A DNA stretch of 64,000 nt from a phage: sequence record PV805638.1; one strand, given 5' to 3'. This document shows, one piece after another, positions 28,011 through 37,700 of the stretch (the stretch's first letter is position 1; each line of letters opens with the position of its first letter). Below the pieces are notes generated by a model. That model ran no database searches. It saw nothing but the letters and a program-made list of their open reading frames with translations, and was not told the DNA's origin. The position numbers and the translations under genes were made by a program.

Positions 28011-28439
28011 GAGAACTACTTATTGGACGATTCATATGATTGACCTAATCTTAACCCCGTATGCCTATGAGGTAACGGATAACCGAGGACGTAAGTCTTT
28101 GGTGTTTGCAGGTAGCGTAGCCTATAACAACGCAGTCATGTTTAAATACAAACTTAAACCGCTCTATGAGGCTAACAATGGAATTTGATGATTTAGATTT
28201 TGAAGCTATTGAAAAGGCGAACCAGGAGAAACTGGAACAGGCTAATCGTGAAGCTGAAGAGTTGGAAAACGCTAAAGATAACAACGATTGCACTAGTGGT
28301 GGTTGCACCATTTAACAAACAGGTATATGGTAGTTTTTACCGAAAGGTACTAAACTACCCGACATGTAGTAAGGCTCATGAAGCCAAAACAAAACAAGCC
28401 CTCTTAGTGAGGGCTTTCTCATATCTGTAGGAAACTATT

Positions 28440-28670
28440 ATGACGCAAGTATCTATTACCTCTGTTGTTCGTGAAGCCATTCTCAATAATACCGTCCGTA
28501 CGTATTCATTCGATGAAATCGCAGAGAAGCTAGGAGTAACTCGTTACGTAGCTAAAAAACTCTACTTCACATTCCTATGGTTCCCTACGGAAGAAACATT
28601 ACGGAAGATTAAAGAGACTGGTAAATTTCCAAGTGAAGGACGTAAGCCTAAAATGTGGAAAACACCCTAA
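28440..28670 (+). CDS. Small HTH-like protein
   Basis: 'SFDEIAEKLGVTRYVAKK' HTH-like segment; convergent with the virion RNAP gene. Confidence 0.35.
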   Translation: MTQVSITSVVREAILNNTVRTYSFDEIAEKLGVTRYVAKKLYFTFLWFPTEETLRKIKETGKFPSEGRKPKMWKTP

Positions 28671-28682
28671 CTTCTAAAAGCA

Positions 28683-28714
28683 AAGCCCCTCTTTTGAGGG
28701 GCTTTCTTATTTTA
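28683..28714. terminator. Bidirectional terminator between convergent genes
   Basis: aagcccctc-tttt-gaggggctt hairpin with T-rich tract on the plus side and a U-rich tract in the minus-strand transcript. Confidence 0.6.
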
Positions 28715-31700
28715 GTTTACTAAGTTCATCCAAGGGTTTAGGTTGTGAGCACGAAGCCCCTGACCAAAGCCCCATGAGTAATCCAGACTACCCTTAGCAG
28801 CAATACTAAAGATGTTGTCCTGAATAGGTAAGCCAACGTTACCAAACATGGTAGGAGTTGGAGCCAGCATCGCCATTGCTGCATGTACTGGGTTATTGCG
28901 AATCATGGACACTGCAACCTTAGCTGAACGAATCTTAAAGTTGTAGAACCACATTAAACCAACGCTTTCCATATACCCACGGAAACGGCCCGGCAGACGG
29001 TCATAGTTAATGAACTCTTCGGTTACACGTCCCAGTGCTTCTTCACGAGTCTTACCTTTACGCTGGGTCAATTCATCATAGATGATTGCTTTAGCGATAA
29101 AGTCAGAGTACTCAACCGTCTTCTGGATACCCTGGAACAGAGCAGTATCCTTAGTGATAAGTGCATAACGACCAGCAGCACGTACAGACTTAGGTAACTT
29201 ATCCGCCAGCTTTTCCATGTATTCGTGAAGTTTACCTTCAGTAATCAGGATGTCATCACGACCAATACCAGCATCTGCAATTGAAGAGAACTCACCAGCT
29301 TCTATCAGAGGCCAGATACTCATACGCTTATGGCTATCAGTAATGGACTGAATCTCAGCCTTAAGTTTACGAATCTGGTTCGGGTTAGTAGCTGCACGTA
29401 ATTCTGCTTCTGCATCTACCTGACGTAAACGAGATTTAAGGTACTGGTTAATCTCAGCAGTCTTCCGTGGAATGCTCTTAGCAATGTTCTTAACCGGTAC
29501 ACCACGAGCAACCATCTGGTAAAGGTTAGCCAAAAAGTTAACAACAGGTACGACTACTGACTTAACTACAATCAGAGTCTTAGCATCTTTAACTAAGTTT
29601 TGAACCAGGTTCTCACCACCCATTAAGTACTTATAGGCACGGTTACCGGCTAAACCCAGAATAGCTTTTTTAAAGGTATTAAGCGTTTCCGGGGACCAAC
29701 GAGAATTACCAGACCAAGCATCACCAATCGAAGCTGCACGATAGCCAAGTGCATCATTCAGCATGTCCCGACGTACCCACAGTTCACCCTCACCAAACAG
29801 TTTTTCTGCTTTCCGTCGAGTTTCGCTGTTCATCAGCTTAAGAGCATCAGCAGTTACTGGGTCCAGTTTAGAACCAAAAAGGTTCACGTACTGGGACTTA
29901 TTAGCAGCAGACATCTTAATGTCTTCCTTGTACATGCTATACAGGTTCTCAATCAGCATATCGTTGAAACGCTGAGCCTTAGCTTCTTCCACCTGACGAC
30001 CACGCCATACACCAATTGCACGGGCAAGATGATTTTCACCTTCAATATGCTTCAGCATATTAGGGTTAATTGATTCCTCATAAGCAACCACATCACCTTT
30101 AGCATTATATACGGGCAATAGTGGTTCATTACCACGTTCACCACGAGCTAGTGCTTTAGCGATACGGTCTACAGAAGGCTTGTCAGTAATACGACCAGCT
30201 ACCATGGAACCCATCGTAAAGCCTGTACCGAGGTCTACACCACCAGCAGTATTACGAACGTTCTGTAGAATACCTTGTGAGAACGGAGCCTGTGCCTGTA
30301 CTGGGGCAAAGTAGTAGCTACGTGCCAGACCTCGGTTAGCAGAGCTACCTTGATAAGTACTCAGACGTACATAGGACTTCTCTATCAAATCACCAAACTG
30401 GCTATCTTCAGCAACAACCAGACTAACACCCTGTTTAGTCTCACTAGGGATATACCCTTTGTACTGGTTCAGGGTTGCACGCATATTAGATTTGGCTTTA
30501 GCCATTTCATCTTTACGCTGCCCAACCAGGTAAGAAGTAGCAAAGTCCATTCCCTCAACTTCTGTCTGAGCCAGTGAAGATAACATCTCACGGTCGGACT
30601 TGTTCATTGCTTCCAGTGCATACAGGGTAATAAGTTTATCCAGTTGAGCTACATCTACAATAGAGCGAGTAGTCTTACGTTCACCTAACATACGAGAGAT
30701 TGCAGTAGCATTCCGCAGCAAGTTTTTACCGACTGTGCCATTAATCATGTACTGAGCCAGTTGCTTAGATTTACGGTTAATCAGAGGCCAGTTACGACCA
30801 GCTTGTTTCTGCAAATCTGCTTCCAGCTTATTCACTTCACGGTCAACAATCTTCTGGTCAGATAGCAGGTCACGGATTTCAGCCAGAGACATGGTGTCAC
30901 GCAGGACAGCTAAGTCAGTTTTACCCATACCAGTGTACATTGCTTTCCACTCATCCTTAGTCAGCTTACGGCTGAACTTAGATGCGATAGTGGTAGGCAG
31001 GTGTTCACGGAACTGCTGACGGTCAGCCTGCACCTGTGCACGAACTGCTTTAATCAAATCGTATACAGAAGCATTACTCTTAGTACGACCGGTTAAGTCA
31101 TTAACCAGGTCATGGAAAGGTTGCCATACTTTACCCTGGTTCATTGCAACCATAACGCCTTCAGCTACGTTTGCACCATTCTTCTCTGTAGCAATAGCAG
31201 CCATTAGTTGTGCAGCATGAGCAGCACCCTTAACCAATGGATTTTTGGTATTGGCTGCAACTTCACGAGCACTTTCTAAAACACGGGTAGACAGTACATC
31301 AATAGAGTCCACCAAATACTGGTTAGCACGGTCAATAGCATTACCACTAGGAGTAGCAACGGAATCATAGAATGACTGTGCATTAAGGCTAGTCTGCATG
31401 ATTGTTTGAGCCAGTGCATCCATACCTTCCTGTACGTTGGTAGCTTTAGTGTCACCTGCTACACGAGCATTCAGGCTTGCCATTGCAGCAGTACCAATGT
31501 TAGTCAGCATTGCATCGACGGTATTCCCAGATTTCTTATCTGCTTTCATAACAGGAATGTTAGCCAGTACATTACGTACCTCTTCACTTACCATTGCCAG
31601 ACCAACAAAGGTAGGCAGTATTGAAGAACGACCCTGCGCATCAAACTCAATATTGTTAGCACCCATGATGGTATCGAACTTCTGCTGTGCATAGTAACGG

Positions 31701-34700
31701 TCAGCAGGGTTAGTACTATCTGGGTCAGTCATGAATGATTCAACAGTCAGGTTCTTAGTAACGTGTGCATAGTATTCCTGTGCACGAGAAAGAGCAGCCG
31801 GACTAATAGCAGCTTCAGTAGCGAGTGCAGCAACAATGTTAGTAAAGAGACGCTGCTCCTGCATATTCATAGTGAAGCCATGAGCCTGAACATCACGGGT
31901 TACTTTAGTTGCGTGCTTTTTCGCATCAGAGAACTTACCTTCACGGATTACTTGCTGTACTGGTTCTGAACCAATGTAGTTAGTAATCAGCTTATCAAAT
32001 GTCTGTCCTAACTCTTCCAGACGGGTATTGTCACCATATGCTTTGTTATGGAACAAGGTAGTATCTTTGGCTACAGCAGCCGTAGGAGCCTGTCCACGCA
32101 TAACTACTGAAGAGTTAAACAGTAAGCCAGAGAACATATCATCTGCATTAGCAGGTGCTTTCTTGCGACCAAATACCAGACGTTTGATTGCTTCATATAC
32201 TGACTGAACCATGGCTTTCAGTGCAGTGGTCTTCTTCTGCTTACTAATTAATTCACGGTTAGTTAAGCCCCAAGCCATGTACTCATTCAGTGCAGCAGCT
32301 TTAGCCATTGCTGGTTCAATAAAGCCGTTAGACAAGTGACCATTAATGGTATTAAGTGCATCAGCATATGCTTCACGTACTGCCGGAGATTCATCCATAA
32401 CATCCAGATTACGGAACTGGTTCATCAAGTCTTCAATATTCTGGACTGCTTCATTAGGAGTACCCTCATAGTGAGCCAGTACAGATTCAAAAGTAGAAGC
32501 ATGTACTAATTCATGAACCAGAGTCTCTAGGGAAGGGGTAACTAAGTAGATGGTTTTATCATCAAAGTTAGTCCAGCCATACGCATTACCAGCTTCGGCA
32601 GCTTCAATATCTTCCGGTGCTGGACGAGTAATGTTCTTCTCAATAGCATAGGCATCCAGTTGAGCAGGAGTACCGTAAACAACTTTGTAGTCTTTAGCAG
32701 CAAGGGATTTCTGTATCTCTTTCAATACTGCTTGCTGTTCTGGAGACATCTCTTTAGCCAGCTTGGTAATAGCAGTATTAGACAATAGACGTACACCAGA
32801 CTTAAGTACACGACCAACTTGTTCCATTGCTGGCACTTCTTTAACAGGTGCTTCTTTAGTAGGTACTTCTTTCACTGGATCTGCTTTAGCAGCACGTACT
32901 GCATCACGACGCTTATTTAATTCAGCATCAAACAGTTCGTTCAGCTTAGCTACTTGCTGGTCTACAGTCAGTCCCTCAAGAGAAATTTTACCGTTGTTCA
33001 CATAAGGAGCACCTACAGCAGCCATCTGGTCAACAGTGGTCTGTACCTGGTTCATTACTTTGTGGCGAATATCCACACTTAAAGCAATGTTACGCAGGTT
33101 ACGCTCAATAAGGTTAACACCTGAATTCTTAATCATATCAATCTTATACTGCCTGTCTCCCTCAACGCGACTGATATGAGAAAGCTGTTCAAAATCTAAA
33201 GCGGAACGGGCAATGTCATCAATTGTCTTATCTGACAACTTATCAAAGTCTACATTCTTCAAGAACTCAGAGAAGGATTCATATACAGCCTTGATAGGAT
33301 TCCCCTGCCAGGAAGTGTATACAGCCTCGTTTGCTTTACGACTTGCATCAGTGATGTCACTAATACCAATGTTCATACCATCAAAGATTTTCAGGGTATT
33401 CTTCGGAGCACCTTTCATAGTAGAAAGGGTCTGCATCATCATGCCATCACCAGTACCGATGGTCATAAATGGAATACCTGCAACACCTGCTTGTGAAGGA
33501 GCATAGATGCTCATTGGCACACGCATACGGTCATCTAAGTTGGTAGCCAGTACTTGGTTAGCAACGTCAGTACTCTCACTGCCAGCAAGGTAGAAAGTCT
33601 GTGAGCCAGTCTCAATCATTGGAGCCAATGGAGATAATGATTCCTGGATTTCATTCAGTTCTTTCTGTGTTAAGAAATCACCCTTCTTCCAGGTTGGGTC
33701 TTTTTCTTTTTCTGCTAGCTTAGCCTGTACTGCTTGCTGGAACATATCCTGCAATACCAGAGACTGAATCTGAGTAGCCTTCTGCAAGTTCTCAGTAGAG
33801 TACATCAGACCTTCACCAACAGTATTACGGATACCGGTACGCATTGGCTCAACGAACAAATGGAGCATGTTCTCTTGTAAGTTCTTCAGAGCATTACCGG
33901 ATACGGTAAATTTCTGAGGGTCTAACTTACCAGTCAGAGCACCATCTACTTCCTTAATAAATAACTTACCTTTACGCTTAGCTGGAATCTTACCGGTCAG
34001 TGCTTCCATAGAAGTAAGGAAGGTATCCAGCATAGCCTGAGCATCTGCCTCAGACGCAGCCTCCTTACCAAACATTGCCATAGCCGGGGAAATGCTAGGG
34101 TCAGCAGCACGTGCTTGCAGAACGTCGCTGAAGCGTTCGTAGATGGTGTCAGTAATTGCACTGACCATCTTGCCAGCAATACCACGAGCACCAGAACCAT
34201 AGATGGTAATGGTCAGAGGGTTCTTAGCGATACCACGTTTCAGGTCCAGAGTACCATCTTCATTCAGGTTAAAGTCTTTAATGAACAGGTCCATTAACTT
34301 CTGGAGATGATTTATCTGGTTCATAACTGGAACGTTGTTACGGTAAGTAGTACGTAACTCATTCAGTGCTTGTTGCAGACCATTGGTAGATGCTTCATAC
34401 AAGTCAACATTATCGTCGATAGAACAGTGTTCGTTCATCGTTTTACCAGCGCGACCGAAGAACAGTCCACCTTTAGCAGTGTTCTTAATCCAGTCTGGGG
34501 TGAACTTACCACCAGTCATTAATACCATTGCGTTGATTGGGCCGTTGGTTACACCATCAGCTTCAACGTACAGAGGGGTAGTAAAATTAGCACGGTCATC
34601 ACTGTTCAGGTAACGGGCATATTCCATCAGAGCCATGAGAGCTACGAAGGATTTGTTATCACCCAGGGAAGACTTCAGAATATCTACTGCATCAGTAGGT

Positions 34701-37700
34701 AAGTAGCCAGACTTATCAAACTCGACCATCATATCAACAGCAGGTTTCAGATTACCTTCCAGAGCTTTGGTCAGATTTTCAGACATAGCTTCACGGGACA
34801 TTTTATGTACCTTGATGCCCAATGCCTGAGCCAGACCTAGCTGGAAGTCAGAGAACGCTTGGCTGTTTTCATTACTTAAGTCGATAGTAGAGAAGGTTGG
34901 CAAAATTGCTTCACGAACCAGCTTACTGGATTGTGGGTTATTTTTACCAAGCATCTGCATACGACCTACACGGGTCATGTTATAGCCATAGTGAATGGGA
35001 GTATCCAAACCATTCTCTTGTTCTTTTAGCTGATTAATTAAACCGAACAAGGAATCATATGCCATAGATACTGATAAGTTCTTACCTTCCAGAGATTTGG
35101 CAGTGTTTTCATTCAGCAAATCAGGATTAAGAGAACCAGCACCCATCAGTTCCAGAATGCCGTCACGCCCCAATGCTTCATAGAAGTTAACCATCGGCAT
35201 GTGTACACGGAACTCGGTAGCCTGTTCAGCTTTCAGAGCAGCTTTCTGTTCAGGGGTATTCTTAACAGCAGGGTTACGTAACTGAGTCTGAGCCACAGAA
35301 GGAATGTCATCACCAAAGTACATTTTCTCTTCTGGTTCTAAGAGGACAGCTTCCTCAATAGCAGTAGGGAATTTGTTAATGGCATCATTGTCATCCAGTT
35401 TCTCAATAGTATACAGACCAATGGTCTTATTGGAGTCTGGGTCAATCTCAGACACATCCAGCATAGACTCTTTAACTTCACCCATCTCAATGAGGGAAGA
35501 CAGAATCTCTGTAGCCATTGCCATTGGGATACCTTTTGTATAACCCAGTGGTGCATTAGGATTACGATTCAAACCCCAATAAGATTCAATCTTCTGAGCC
35601 AGTGAGTTAGTAGCTTCGACCAGAGTCTGGGCATTCTCGAACTCAGCCAGAATACCTTCTGGTAACAGAGATGCATCTACACCAGTAATAGCAGCTACGT
35701 CTTTCATGTCTTTAATGGCAGCATTCTGTGTAGCAGTCAGTCGCCATTGCAGACCAGCAAGTACAGCAGTCTCTAACAACTGGTCATTAAACTTAAAGGT
35801 GTCACCATCACGTTCAACGATATTCAGCAGTTTGCCACCTACCCAACGGTTAGCTTCAGTACCTTCTGCAAAACGCTTACCAACGTTCTTGTTAGCAAGG
35901 AACTTAGCCAGTCGTTCAGACAAAGTAGTCTTCAGAGTTTCCCCAAAGTCCATCAAGTCTTGATAACGTTCTAACACATCACCTGTAAGAGCGTTATTTT
36001 CTTTTTGAGTGAACGCTTCAAAGCGAGCAGCAGAAGACAGTGCTTGCTTAATATCAGCCAAAGGGGATTCTGAACCAATGGTACGGGACTTAGGTTCTTC
36101 CGGTAAGGTAAACGCCTTCAGGAACTGGTTCGGTGTCTTCTCATTGTTATAGACAGGGAACACTGTTTCCATTTCAGAAAGAGGTTTGCCACCTACTGTA
36201 TAATCTGCTTTCAATTGAGCCAGTGATACTTCATCTTCCTCCGCGTTGTTAGTGTTAAGACCAGAGGTATCTACACCAACCAGAATATGTGCATTATTGG
36301 CTTCAACGAAAGACTGAACAGTATTGAATTGTTCGGCAGTCAGTTTCTGATTATCGAACAGCTGTAAGGACACAAACGGGTGTTCACTGCCTTTATAGAA
36401 CATAGAGCGAATAGCACCTGTATCCAGAGACATATCACGATAACCATCATGACCAAATACATCGGACAGGCTGATATGGTCGCCATTAGAACCAACCACA
36501 GTACCATCAGCAAACAGCCATGGACTTTCTCTATGGTCACCATACTTATTAAGAGTTTCCTGTGAAATAGTATTTTCTTTCACATAGGCATCTCTTTCAG
36601 ATTCGGTAGGTTGCTCGATGGTATCCTCATTAGTGGGGGTAGCATCATCTACAACCGGGCTAGTCTTTTCAGACTTAGGTACTTTCTCTTCCTGTGCAGG
36701 TGTAACTTCTGGCTGGGAGAATGTATTACGTACATAGTTCATAAAATCATTACGTGCTTGAGAAGGAGAAGACCATACTTCCCGTGTGCTACGTAAACTA
36801 AAGATTCGACCTTCAGGAGTCATTACGTAAGGTACATTTGTTTCACCGTACTTAAATGAAGTGAGTACATCTGACTTACCAGTAACAGTGCTTTCCCCTG
36901 GAATGACAATAGTCTTACCACCAGTAGAAGGAGCAGCACGAACACCCTCAATATCCTTACCAAGAGAAATATACTCTTTACCGTTGTAATCAAAGTACTG
37001 ACCTATCTGCATATAGGTAGCTTGTTGCTTACCAGTAAACTCAGCAGTTTTCATCTCCGGGCCGTTAGGTACAGACGTACTTTCAGACTTAGGCTTAGAT
37101 ACTTTCTCTGGTTCTGACTTAGACTCTACAGTGTTAGGAGCAGTTTTATTGTTTACCACTGGTTTAGCTTTAGACTGTACAGTAGTGACTGGTTCCTGTG
37201 TTTTTACAGGTGTTTCATTAACCTGATTCACTGGTTCATTAGCCTGTTGAGACTGAGTGGCATTAAGACCACCTTGACGGAACTCTTTAACTACCTGGGC
37301 AGCTGGCTTGTTCAGACGTGAATCCAACGAGGTAACTTTCACATGAGAAACATTAAGCTCCGGGTAAGCCGTAGCAAGTGCATTAGCAATATCAGCTACG
37401 GTCTTAGCTTCCAGTGCTACTTGCTGGGCAAACTTAACAGACTTGGTATCGTAAGGATTGACACCGAGGCCAGTACGACTACGTACCCATTCACGAGTAG
37501 GTGTGAGAGCCTGATAATGAACAGACTTATTCTTATCCGCATTCCCAGAAATCAGATGCTCATTCAACGCTCCGACCTTATTCTGCATGTGCTGGGCGAA
37601 CTTCATAAAATCGCTCAGATAAGCGGAAGCCAAATCGAAGTTACCAGAGTTATACGCAGAACGAATGCGTTTCGCATGTTGCAACGCAGAGTACTGTCCT

